This document shows, in pieces, positions 26,736 through 39,243 of a DNA stretch of 64,000 nt. Source of the DNA: Callorhinchus milii (lineage: Eukaryota). The position numbers and the translations under genes were made by a program. The DNA lies in assembly GCF_018977255.1 (NCBI RefSeq), contig NW_024704743.1, forward strand, positions 23,314,001 through 23,378,000, written 5' to 3'. Below the pieces are notes generated by a model. That model was not told the origin of the DNA. It did no database searches and saw nothing but the letters and a program-made list of their open reading frames with translations. Numbering within the stretch: the first letter of the stretch is position 1; every line of letters begins with the position of its first letter.

Positions 26736-27429
26736 CAAAAAGTGAATTGACTATATATTTGTGGGCGAAACGCAGCTGCCAATTGCGCACAGGAGTTTAT
26801 AATAATATAATAGTTTGACAAAGCCTTATCATGTCATCAAGATGTCTCAAAGCCTTTCTCAAGATTTACTTTAAAGTGTGTAATGATTGTATTTTTTGTA
26901 GATGAACGTTGCAGCCAATTTTCCCAGGATAACATCCCACAAACAGCCATGAGTGAATGAGTAATTTTATCTGGGGGATTGTTGGACAGGATCGTTTTTA
27001 AAATTAAAAGCATTTTGTTTAAGAAAAATTAAAATAAAACTATGCTTGCCACATTTTGAATACCGACCAGACAAACACACATTGATAATAAATTAACCCA
27101 TGAACACCAAGCTTTCCATCACCTAACCATTACTTCCTAATTCATCTTATTCTCTCACTCTTTCCCATCTTGGAGGTCTTGAACCTAAAGAATGGGTCTC
27201 GGCTCCTCACCAAGGTTTCTCAATAAAATAAATCTCTGACTAAAATTACATTACAATTCAGTGGTTTTCAATATCTTAATTGATTTATTGGTGTGAAGCT
27301 GCTTTGAATTGCCTTGCATTTTCTGCACTAATTTCCTACACTGAATGTCACACACACTAATCATTTCTGAACAAGGGAGTAAATGAAAATTTCCTGGAAG
27401 GGTATGGACTCTATTCATCATTCCAGGAT

Positions 27430-28280
27430 GTTTGGCTTAGTTGGTTCAGGCCCCAGAATAGGACTTCAGTTCATAGTCCAGTCCATTGAAAACTCATGAG
27501 ACAAGACCTGCTGGCTTGAGTGTTCACATCCTACCTCTCTTGAGGTTGTGCATGTCACTGGTGGAAGCTATCTGCTCAAATTGGCCACTGAGGAGTGAAC
27601 ACTGCACATTAATGCATTCATGAGATCCCTGAAGAAATCCCTCATGATTGATGTCAATTTATTTTCTAAAATGTTCAAAACCAGGAATAAAGTTTCCGTA
27701 GACAGTGGGGCCCATTAAAAGAGAGCAGCTGTGAGACTTTGCACTGAGGGATGCTCAATCTCTAGGCATCAGCATGATCCATTATATCTTACCTCTTCAA
27801 GCACCGCATAGCTGTACTGGAGGGAATTTTGTATCACAGAATGCATTTTTGTCAATATTCCCCTGATGCTCTTACACCAGTGTGTAAAACACAGCAATAT
27901 TAGATCAGGATTCCTTAATAAGAACTCCAAACCTCAAAGGGGTTCCCCAGCCATTAACCAGAAATGTGTCACGCTGACCCACGGGATCTGCTCTGATGGG
28001 ATCTGCTTCTGGTGCAGAGCTTGCACGAGTCAACATTATGTTCTTCAGGTTAATAGGAGGCCCCATTTATTGCTCTGACTCCTTATTAAGGAATCGATTT
28101 AGAAGTCAATGCATTTCGGATTCCAATGAGACTTTAAAGACCAGTGATAGACCGACACATCTGTGCATCCTACCTCTTTGGCAACGGTCGAAAACTTTCA
28201 CGACATCTTGTTGCTCGTCAAGGTTTCTGCTTATCCAGTGGAGGTGGTGCATCCTTCATACAAGATGAATGTTCCTAATG
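27430..28280 (+). mobile_element. Second decayed PIF/Harbinger transposase fossil
   Basis: Ordered motifs across frames: WLSWFR, VTGGSY, CIHEI, KFP*TVGPIK (~GFPxxxGAIDG), IAVLEGILYHRMHF (~SIVLQGVVDHRMRF), LIGGPIY (~LGDPAY), WCILH (~CCILHN). Confidence 0.6.
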
Positions 28281-29305
28281 CATGAGGCAGCTGTCAAATA
28301 CCAAGTGTGAGAGTTGTGCTCTTTCTGTACTAATGGCCTCAGATTCTGCATGTGGGTCACATGCTCGCTTCAATCAGACTGATGCACCATGTTATTTGTC
28401 TGTGAAGAAAAGTGAATAAAAGACATATTGATGGTATGTAACTCTATTCATATCTATAATCTTATCAATGGACTGATCTACACTTGGGGTGAAAATTCAA
28501 AATGTGCTGTATTTATTACCAGTGATAATTATTGCATCAATTGCTGTATTTGCAGTCCCATATATTCAGTTGGTGAGGCAATCGAAATAATAATAAGAAT
28601 AATGATCCTTGCATTTGATAAAGCACTTTATCATGTCATTGAGTCATGTCAAAGCACTTTGCAGAATATACTGTAAAGTAGAAATGCACACAAGTAATTC
28701 ACATCATGCAATGCCGTGCTCTACTGAATTTGATGAGGCAGTTGTCACTATGCCCAGGAATGTCTCAAACTGTATTAATTTGTGAAATTGGTGAGTCAAT
28801 ACTGATCGAGATTCTGAGCTGTCCTGTGCAGCAGGTCTGAAACAGAGCATTCCTGGAAGGAACAGCAGGATAACAGCCCGTGGAGAATTCAACCTGACTA
28901 AACCGTTGGGCTGAAGAACTTACTCCCAAACCTGTCGACAGGTTTCAGTCGCATGTTTTTGAATTGATTATTATCATATCATATACTGCATATTTCAACT
29001 CCCTCTGTTATTTTGTTGTTATTTCATCTGGAATATGATGTTCCATATTGTCTTGTTTTATACAATTGTCCATATCATGGCTTACAAAGACACTGTCACT
29101 ACACTTTACAGCAATTCCCTGTGACGCATTTTGAGATGGTTCATTGTCATAGGTACTATATCAAATAGAAGGATTCAGGAGTTGAGGGGGTAGCAGTGGG
29201 TTGGAGTGGGTGAGGGGGGTGGGGTGGAGTGGGCCAAAGGCTTGATCGAAGAGGAAGATCCTGAGATGGACCTTGAACGAGGTAAGGGAAGGAATGAGGT
29301 GAAGG

Positions 29306-30236
29306 TCAACGTACGTAAAACTGAGGCCCTCCTGATTGGCTCGCGTCAGCGCCTCCGCACCTCAGGCGCTGACAGCATCAGCATCCAAGGCTGCACTCTC
29401 CACCTCTCAAAGCCACTCAGGAACCTCGGGGTTCTGTTCGACCCTGAGCTGTCCTTTCTCCCTCATATCCGCTCCACAACTGGCACCGCCTTCCACCACC
29501 TCCGGAACATCGCCAGACTACGGCACTACCTCACCCTTCACGCTGCTGAAACTCTGGTCCACGCCTTTATCACCTCAAAGCTGGACGATGGGAACTCTCT
29601 CCTCGCCGGCCTTCCCGCCACCTCCCTCCACAAGCTGCAGGTCATTCAGAACTCTGCAGCTCGTGTACTGTCCCGCACCAGGCTTCGGGACCACATCACT
29701 CCCACCCTCGCTCGCCTCCACTGGCTCCCCATCCCCCAGAGGATCGAATTCAAGATCCTTATCCTCACCTACAAGGCCATTCACGGCCTTGCTCCCTCCT
29801 ACCTCTCCGACCTACTATCCCCCTATCTACCTGCCGATACCCTCCGTTCCTCTGGCTCCGGTCTGCTCCACATCCCCCGCCCCAACCGCCCTACCATCGG
29901 TGGCTGGGCCTTCAGCCTCTCAGCCCCTAGGCTCTGGAAGTCTATCCCCCAGTGCCTTCGCCGCCTCCTCCCTTTCCTCCTTCAAGGCCGGTCTCAAGAC
30001 CTTTCTCTTTGACCGAGCCTTCAGCTCCCCTCTCGACTCTCTACCCCCTCCTCACCCCCTCCCTTCCCTCCCCTCACCCTGACCATTTCCCCCCTCCTCG
30101 CTCCCTCCCTTCCCTCCCCTCACCCTGATCATTTCCCCCTTGCTTAGGTCCTGACCCAACTGTCCAGCGCTTTGGGACGTCCTCCCGACGTGAAAGGCGC
30201 TCTGTAAATGGAATCTTGTTGTTGTTGTTGTTGTTG
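29306..30236 (+). mobile_element. L2 family A copy with TSD, nested in an older minus-strand L2 (~29180-30570)
   Basis: ORF 29206-30012 contains NVRKTEALLIGS...RNLGVLFD...LHWLP; TGAAGG duplicated at 29300-29305 and 30235-30240. Confidence 0.95.
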
Positions 30237-30944
30237 AAGGGACTCTAGAATGGAGTTCAAGAGAGAAGGGGAAGAAAGGCTGAAGCTTGAAACTCCCGAA
30301 TGTGGGGTGGGCAGCTCAGGGAACATGAAGCAGGTCGGTGCCTGTTCGAGCAGAGCGAGTAGGCTGGTTGGTAGGGTTTAAGAAGGTCGCAGAGTTAGGG
30401 TGGGCCTATGCTGTGGAGATATTTAAAAGTGAGGTGAGGAACTTGAACTTCATCCTCTGGAGGATGGGGAGCCAGTAGAGCTAGACTAGGATGGGGGCGA
30501 TAGGCTCATGGAATCTAGTGTGGGAGAGGACATGAACTGCAGATTGCCAGATAGTGGAATGCCATATTTTAGCAGTTGAGTACTGTGACCCATGACCCAA
30601 AAGTCCAATGCTTGAGGGGTTTGACTTTATTGATGTCATGACTAGGAACACTGTTGGGGGGTGGGGGGGGGGGGGGTGTTGGGGAGAATGTTCTGCCTCC
30701 TGCACATCTTGGTAAATTTCGTGAGATAAATGTCAAATATACTACACTAATTGAGCTCAAAGTGCACTTGAAAGGGAATTTTCACATTATAATATCAACA
30801 CTGTCAGTGTTGCTGCATTTAAGAATAAGAAGAATTTCACTACCGTCATCAAATGAGGAAATTGTGCGTAAAGTCCAATTTATGTTTTTTGAGTTTCAAT
30901 GAGATCACATTAGCACACATAACTCCACACTACAGGATACATCT

Positions 30945-31480
30945 GCTGTCCTCCTTGCCGGTCTCCGCAATTCCACCACCCCCAAAATCCAACTAATCCA
31001 AAACTTCCTTGCCAGTATTCTTAGCCGTACCATACTCTGCACCCCCGTCACGCCAGTCCTTGCCAAGCTCCACTGAGTCCCTATTGCAGAATGTATTTCA
31101 ACATCTCTGCACTTACTTCCAAATCAATTCATGTCTACCACCTCACTAAGTCTCCAACCTGCTTACACCCCACTCCCTTTGCTCAATTGGCTACGGCTTT
31201 CTACATATCCCTTTTCCCTTCTGCTCCACCATTGCGGCCATGCTTTCAACCACTTACATCCCGAAACTTTGGAACTCAATGCCTCAATTCACCCCTCCTT
31301 GCACATCTTCAGATGCAAGTTGTTGTTGTTGTTCAGATGGTATCTGAAGACCTTTCATTTTGACTATGTCTGTGGTCACCTTCTCTCTCTCTCCTGGCTT
31401 GGCATCAAGCTCCGCCATTGTTAAACACTCCGAGACACTACCCGCGTGAAAGTCGCTATATAAATGCATGTTGTTGGTGT
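30945..31480 (+). mobile_element. Old L2 3' fragment(s)
   Basis: CCAGTCCTTGCCAAGCTCCACTG...GTGAAAGTCGCTATATAAATGC. Confidence 0.7.
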
Positions 31481-32577
31481 AAGTTGTTGTTGTACTGCAA
31501 TGGTTTATGTCCAAATGGCTGACAAAAATGTGCCAATTCTCAGTTTGCACAGAGCAAGGACCAAGTAATAATAACAATAATCCTTGCTTGCAAGACAAGT
31601 GCTTTAACCAATATACTACAGGATTCCACATGTAATACAGTAATCCAAGAATTAGAGTACAGAATTCCGACAGGCAGTAATAATTCTCAAATCTGAGATG
31701 GAGAATTGGGAGATACACTAACTGAATGAACAAAAGCCTTGTCGATTTGCAGGACAAGGCTTCTTGTACAATAATAACAACTTGGATTTATACAGTGCCC
31801 TTGAGGCAGGGTAGCGTATCGGAGCACTTAAATAGAAAATAGGCAATCTCTCTATGATTAATTTTCTTTTTCAGTAAACATTTTTAAACAAGATCATTTA
31901 ATCTTCCTACAAACATGCCAAATGATTTGTTGACATGTGAACATGGCAGCACAGTTGATGTCTTTGTTTACCAAGCTGACTATGAAAGTATAGTATGTGA
32001 AGGATTGTTGTGGGTTCAGCACTGCAACACAGCAACCAGCGCTGAGGTGTCAGGTAAGTACAAGTACAAATGAGTATTTGGGGGTTATTTCTCTGCAAGT
32101 TGATTTTTTTAAATATTACTTGCTTCCTTCCAGCCAGTCAACGGCTCAACACTGCACACATTTCTTCTCCCAGCCGGGCTCTGTTCCAGACTCAGTTCAA
32201 TAAGCACATTAATGACCATCCTGAGATAGTGGGGGTCAATTTTGTGGTATTTCTTAACAGGGATTCTTAATTAAGAAATCTGAAAACTCTTTCCAGTAAC
32301 CAGGACATATGTCATAAATGCTGACACGAGTGAACTCAGCTCTAAAAACAAATCAAATTAAAGTTCTTGAATCTGTGTCACTATTTAAGAAATCTGTTAA
32401 GAAATATCACAAAATTCAGTATTAGAAGAAGTGGGCAAAAAAAGCTTTCTTTGTTGCAGATATTTATGAACTGTCTTCACATTTACTCTTCAGAGTTTGA
32501 GCAGTGTCACATTGGTCTGGATGTTTTAATCTTTTTCAGCACATTGTTAAGCTTCATTGTATTTATGTCTGGTATAT

Positions 32578-32805
32578 GGGTTAGAAATTCCACCTTGGTC
32601 TCGAATTACTCCACTTAACATAGCATTTCAGACCAATTAGGATTGCTGAATTCAGTTATAACTTTGAAGCCTGTTTTCTGTAGTTCTTAAAATAACTTAA
32701 AGGTTATAACAAATTAAAGGTTGCACTTAAGAATTTGACATAGTACAGATGCTTTGAAAAGTTATGTTAATTGAATACATCTAGACTCAGATGGAATTTC
32801 TACCC
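32578..32805. mobile_element. Palindromic MITE-like element (~230 bp); related copies at ~33594-34066 and ~34485-34660
   Basis: Ends GGGTTAGAAATTCC...GGAATTTCTACCC; the arms remain complementary for ~50 bp or more. Confidence 0.65.
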
Positions 32806-33734
32806 AATAGAACCGTAAATACAGTACTTCTATAAGATTGCCTTGAGCCTTTTTTAATAGTACTGTTGCATCTGTTTCCAGTCAGCATGCACTGGAGTCT
32901 ACTTCTACAATGCACCCACCCTTATCAAACAATGGCTCTGCTAAAGAAGACAGTAAGAAATTAATAATAATAATAATCCTTGCATTTAATATAGCGTTTT
33001 ATCACATCTCAGAGACATCTCAAAGCGCTTCACAGGATACACTGTAAAGTGGTTTTGACTGTATGTTTTGTGGACAAAACTTGCATTCATTTATGGTGAG
33101 TTATCAAGTTAAAATGCCTCAAAAAGTTCACTGCTAATCATAGTCAAGAGTAGAGACTGTTTTATAAGCAATTGCAGCAGTGAGGTGAATGATCAGTTTA
33201 ACTAAAGGTTTGTTGACCAGGACACTGGCAAAAATTCACTTCTCTTTTCAAATAGTGTCAAGTGATTCTTAACATCCACCTGAAAAATGGGCAGAGTCCT
33301 TGGTTTAACATCTTATTAGAAGGACAAAGCAACACTCTCCACAGGATTGCATTGGAGTGGAAGCGTGAAGTTATGAGCTCAAAACAACAAATTCTGACCA
33401 AACAATGAGAACGATACAAACTGAGCCAAACTGTCACTTACATCGTCACCGGACACAAGGATCTGCTGTTCTGTTTGTCCTGAACCGTGCCGGTCATATA
33501 TATAATCTATCTATTATATATTATTTATATAAAGCTTGTATATAGCGGGGATAAAACTTAGGAACATTTCCTTCCTCCACACAAACTATCTATCTGGGTC
33601 TAAATTGATTCTATTCCTGTAGCATTTTAAAGCATCCAGAATTGGGGAAATTTTTAAATACAGTCTTAATTTTGAAGCCACTTGTTTAAGTTTGCAAGAT
33701 ATAAAATATTTATAAGAAGAGCAGAGGGAGAACT

Positions 33735-33965
33735 TGGGGATTTTTCTTCACAAAGAGACAAATTGGGATGTGGAATACCCTGCCAGATAAAGTGGTCATT
33801 GTGAGTTTCAAGAGGGAAGTAGACTAGTATATTAAGGATAGAGTCTTGAAAGAGCAAAACAATAAGACAGGGCAATGGAATTGAATGAATAGCTTGCTCT
33901 GAAAGCTGGTGCAGACTTGATAGGCTGAATGCCCTCCTTCTGCACTGTAAGTTACTATGATTCTA
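33735..33965 (+). mobile_element. CR1 3' fragment
   Basis: TTTTTCTTCACAAAGAG...TGGAATACCCTGCC...GGCTGAATGCCCTCCTTCTG...CTATGATTCT. Confidence 0.7.
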
Positions 33966-35264
33966 AGAAAACCAACTTCAAAATTAAGATTGAATTCAAC
34001 AATTTGTCAAATTCTGGACTCTCTGAAATGCTACATAAATCTAGACTCAAGTGGAATTTCTCTCCCATGTATTCAAAGGGAATATGTGTCTTGTGAATGT
34101 AAATGGAGGCAAGGAAATAATGTCACCATTATGGATGGAAGTGTATCCTTGCTCAGTCATAATTCATGCCAATGCAAAGCAATTATTGGACAAAGTATGA
34201 TTGCCCATTCTGAGAAAATCACATCTGCTGACCTGACACAGTATGTGAAGCAGATATATGGTAAATGTTTGTGTTGAAAGATGGAATTTATATAAATAAT
34301 ACAGTAATAATTTAAACTTTAATGTGGATTCCAGAATCTGAGGAGCTTCAAAGAGGGATGAAAAAATAACTTAATAATGTCTGTTGTGTTTTACGGATTA
34401 TATTGCTTACAGAACCAATTAAATAGGAGTTGCAAAAAATGGTACCCATACAGAATAATTGTATATCTGTTTGAGACACAGAAACTGGGACTAGATTTAC
34501 TCTATTTATGCATTTTAGAGCATCCACAATATTGCAAATTGTTGAATTCAGTTTTAACTCTGAGGTCAGTTTTTGCAGCTCAGACACGCAAACAAATTTA
34601 AGATGGTATTTAAGGATTTGTCAGATTCTGGATGCTCTGAAATGCTACATAAATAGGGTTAATAAACAACAATAACAAATTGCATTTATATTGCGCATTT
34701 CATCTCCGGAGGATGCCCCAATGTGCTGTGGGTGTTTCTCCCTTCTCCCTCTCAAACCTTATATTAAATTCAATCATATTATGGTCACTATTTGTAAGAT
34801 GTTCCCTTATAGTCAGAATATTAACTAATTCTGGTTCGTTACTCATCACAAAATCTAGTATGGCATTTTCCCTTGACGGTTCGAAAACATATTGTTCCAG
34901 AAATCTGTACTGAATACATTCCAGAAATGTGTTGCCTCGCCTACTTGAGTTATTCTGCTTCTCAGTCTATGTGAAAATTAAAATCTCCCATTTTAATTTT
35001 GTTTTTGCATTGTTTTTGCTGCATACCTGCGAAGTGCTTTGAGACATCCTCCCAATGTGAAAGCTGCTTCATCAAATGTAAAGATTATTTATTTATTAAT
35101 GTCAATAAGATAGGCACTTAAGTAAAATAGAGCAATCATTGTTGTTTCCAGGCAAAAGCTAAACTGCGTCAAGAATATCTTAAAAGTATCAATGAGAGGA
35201 ATAATGAATGAATCTGTTTATTTTTGGTCGCTCTCGATAAGTGTGAAATGACAGCCAGGACAGC

Positions 35265-35387
35265 AGAGTTGAAATTCTGGTCAGCATTCAGTGGCAATGA
35301 TGCTGTCGGCCTCGAATGGGATTTTGTAAATTATAATTACACATCATCAAAGTTGTTACATGGAACGCCAACCCAAATTTCAGCTCT
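35265..35387. mobile_element. Small MITE-like insertion within an old SINE
   Basis: Imperfect 25-bp terminal inverted repeats AGAGTTGAAATTCTGGTCAGCATTC and AGAGCTGAAATTTGGGTTGGCGTTC (reverse complement). Confidence 0.45.
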
Positions 35388-35904
35388 CAAGTCTTGATCT
35401 CACAATCTTCTGACCCAGAGGCGAGTGTTATCACCTGAGTGAGATCGACATACATACACAACTAAGGTATCCATATAATCATTATACCAGATTACCATAA
35501 TTCACAGGTGCCACAGCCCAGGGCATATATATTCTGGAGTTGCCATTCTGTAACATGAATACAAATGGACCATAAGATTTCAGTGTAATATTCCAAACAA
35601 AATACTTTTACATATTCCTATGTATAATTATTTACAGTTTACTCTAATATTAAATAAAACATAAAAATTAAATGATTTAACATAATGGAAAAAGAAATCC
35701 TGCAGATATTTTCATTAACGTTCCACTGAACTCTATAGATATTGCTGGAGTGAATGTTTTTCAATTTGTGTCAGTGATTTCAATCAGAGTATGTACGTGC
35801 AACTATTATCAGCAGTGTGCTTAGAAGTCCGTCTGCATGTGTCTGACAGTCATTCTCCTTCAGGTAGATTTTAGATACAGCAACAGCTTGTATTTATATT
35901 GCGT

Positions 35905-36256
35905 GAAGTCCTGTAGTGGTAAGAGCACTCACCTCGCAAGCAAGAGGATCCTGGTTCGATTCCCAAGCAGAGTGAAACCTTAGATAGTTTCCTTACTCCA
36001 GATGCCTCTGTTTATCTAGCAGTAAAAATGGGAACCTCGTTGGGGATCACTTTCCGGGTATACTAATCCCTCCCCCCTAAAAAATTGTGCATTCAATCCA
36101 CGACTCTTTGTGGGACATTGCTTTGCGCAATTAGCTGCTGCGTTTTGCCCACAAAATGCAGTCAGTTCCCTTTACAATATATTCTGTGAAGCTCCTTAAG
36201 ATGTCTCGAAGACACAATAAGGCACTATAGCAAGTGCAAGAATTATTATTATTATT
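35905..36256 (+). mobile_element. tRNA-derived SINE, long form retaining the CORE-like segment
   Basis: GTCCTGTAG...GGTTCGATTCCC head; CCTTACTCCAGATGCCTCTGTTTATCTAGCAGTAAAAATGGG; Deu-type 3' part; (TTA)n. Confidence 0.85.
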
Positions 36257-36339
36257 GTACCCTTCATACAGAAAAATGTCACAGATCACTTGAATTGGCA
36301 TACTCTGAGTTAGGTTTTGCACCAATTTTCTCACCGCTT

Positions 36340-37535
36340 GAGCTGGGCTTTATTGCTGGGCTTGAATTTAGATCTCCACATATCATACGCAGGCTGTACA
36401 GTGCTCTGGTCAGGCCACACCTTAACAATCCTTGCATTTGATATAGCTCCTTATCACATCGTTGAGACATCTCAAAGCACTTCACAGGATATATTGTAAA
36501 GAGGAATGACTGTGTATTTTGTGTCCAAACGCCTTGAATACAGTTCTATTCACCATGAAATATTGGGGTGAAAAGCCGACCTTAGAGGCAGTGCAGAGGA
36601 GTGCAATGAAGATGAACGCCAGTGTGAAAGGAATGAGCTATGATCTGGGCCGATAGAAAAGTGTGGAAATATTTGCCAAGCGATACGGGGTGTTGGACAG
36701 ATTTCGCGGAAAATTGCAGAGAAATTTGATAACTTTTGCGGAGTGTCGAATGGTGCTAATGAGAGATGCATTTTGTGAAGCAACACCGATTAAAACTCGA
36801 GGCATATATTCCTTGAACAGGTAGTTATGTTTAAAATACTAAAAATGTTAATTTGAATAGTACAGCGCTTACCAAGAATTCATCGCAGGAGCTCAGGTGA
36901 CACCGGGTGCCGGGCGAAGCCGATTTCCCGCTCACGCCCGCTTCCGCAATCCCAACATTTCCTGCACCGTGCATGCGCGACTGGAGCCGCTCCGCCCACA
37001 TTAGCAGTGTGGAAAAAACAGGGCAAGAGGCCCGGACCCGAGTACAAGTTTGTAGCAGAGGTGGGTGTTTGTAGCTCGTTTGTAGCAGCGAGGGGAGTTT
37101 GTAGTGGACTCCGCGGAAAAAGTGCGGCCGCACTTTCTATTGGCCCAGGCTATGAGCCACAATTAGACAAGCTAGGGCTCTTCAGTCTTGAGAGAAGATG
37201 ATTCAGAGGGGCCCACATAGATGTTAATAAAATGTTAAATGGGGCTGAAAATGTAAACCCAGATCAATACTTTAGGATGTATCCTAAGACAGCAGTGCAA
37301 GAGGACATAGGTTCAGAGTCACAAAGGGCAACTTCAGAAAAGACACCCGCAGTTTTTTTTCTTTACCCAGAGGACAATTAATGATTGGAACAGTTTATCA
37401 GGACGGGTGGTTGAGGCCAGGACCTTGGACTTGTTTATAAAGCAGTTTGATGGTGCGGTGGAGGACGGTAAAGTGGGGGTCTGGAGGGATGAGGTCAGAT
37501 GAGCTGAAGGGACTTCTTCATCCAATTAATCTTGC
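36340..37535 (+). mobile_element. Old CR1 3' part carrying a nested SINE tail (36423-36525) and a MITE
   Basis: LYSALVRPHL, LDKLGLFSLERR and FFFTQRTINDWNSL read in order across the insertions. Confidence 0.8.
36645..37148. mobile_element. CpG-rich non-autonomous DNA transposon (MITE), ~500 bp
   Basis: TIRs CTGGGCCGATAGAAAAGTG and CACTTTCTATTGGCCCAG; interrupts a CR1; GCTATGA occurs on both flanks. Confidence 0.8.
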
Positions 37536-38518
37536 AAAGAGCTTTAGCAGGCTATATGACTGTAGTTCATCATAGCTAGATTGAATTATGTCCTCATCAG
37601 ACTTTCACATACCATCATTTTCCAGCAGAAACACCACTAAATAGTGACCAGGAGCTTCAAAGTTCGACCTTCCCCCTGCTTATTCCTGAGATACTGAAGC
37701 CAATTGTAATGACCCAACTCTTTGCCAGCTGAGGTCAGCTAACTGAACCCACCCAGCCCACGAATCAAACCTGCAATCTTCTGGTTTGCACAGCTTAGCA
37801 GAGATACCTTTACCCACCAGATCATCGGGGAATTCTTCTTGTTTTCTCTGATTTTAAAAATATATCCCATCAATGTGAGTATAATTTGCAATCGTGGACA
37901 TTTTCCTCATACTAACCTTATCCGCGTCATTGATATGAAAGGTTTGAACTGACCACAAATAACCCTTTACAAGACTGAAATATTTGCCATTATGGCTACT
38001 TTGTATTACTAAACTATTTAGTTGTTCAGCTTGATATCTCTTACTCTTGATTTCATTTCCTTAACCATTAATTTCTGATGTGAAATCTTGACAAGGGTTT
38101 TCTGAAAAAAAACAAAGTCTGCATCAAAAGCTTATCTTTTTATGTCAGTGAAAAAAATCTCCAGGCGATTATTCAATGATAACCTTTCCTTCCCCAAAGC
38201 CATGCAGATTTTCTCTTAATAAGTTATTTTTTCCCCCAAGTGTTCACTCACTTAGAGATGGTAACAGTACACTTAATCAAGGGTCTAACTTGTGGGTGTG
38301 CTAACAATGTGTAAGTGGATTTATACAGAGATTTATACCTGTACTCTCAATTATGTAATTAAAAGCCAATAAAACGGATCTTAGTTGATTTTGGATTAGG
38401 TGTTGTTAGTTACTATTTACATAGTTAAAATAAATTGTAATTCCCTCGCTGCATGGATTTAGACAGGATAATCTAAATTATAAGATTTACTCTTTGGAAC
38501 TCAGATACAAATCTCAGT

Positions 38519-39243
38519 TAAGGGGCATAGAATGCAAAAGTCAGGAAGTTATGATGAACTTTTATAAAACACTGGTTAGGCCTCAGCTAAAGTGTTGTGT
38601 TCAATTCTGGGCACCACACTTTAGGAAGGATACCAAGGCACTGGAGAGGGTGCAAAGGAGATTTACAACAACAACAACTTGGAATTATATAGCGCCCTCC
38701 ACGCCAGATGGCATCCCAGGACGTTTCAAAGCTGAAGGAATTTACCAGGATGGTACCGGGAATGAGGGACTTCAGTTATGCTAGAATTATTCTCCTTGGA
38801 GTGGAGAAGGCTAGGAGTATTCTCCTTGGAGCAGCAAAGTTTAGGAGGAGACTTAAAAGAAGTCTTCAAAATTATGATGGTATTCGATAGGGTGAACAAG
38901 AAGAAATTATTTCTACTGGTGGGTGGGTTGGTAATCTGAGGACACCAATTTCAAATAGTTTTAAAAGAAATAGAGGGTAGGTGAGAGGAAATGTTTTCAC
39001 ACAGCGAGTTGTTCGGATCTGGAATACATTGCCTGAAAGGGTGGTGGAAGCCGATTGAATAACAACTTTTAAGAGAGAATTAGGTAATTATTTGGAGAGG
39101 ATAAATGTGCAGGGCTATGGGGGGAGAGTGGGGGAATGGAAATTTATTTGATAGCTCGTTTCAAAGACCCTGCACAGACACTATGGGCCGAATGGCCTCC
39201 TACGATTCTATGATTCGAAGTATTCTACGATTCTATGATTCTA
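38519..39243 (+). mobile_element. CR1 3' part with ATTCTRYG tail; contains a 73-bp L2 tail insertion
   Basis: YKTLVRPQLKCCVQFWAPHFRKD; tail GATTCTATGATTC repeats; same family as 62380-64000. Confidence 0.92.
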
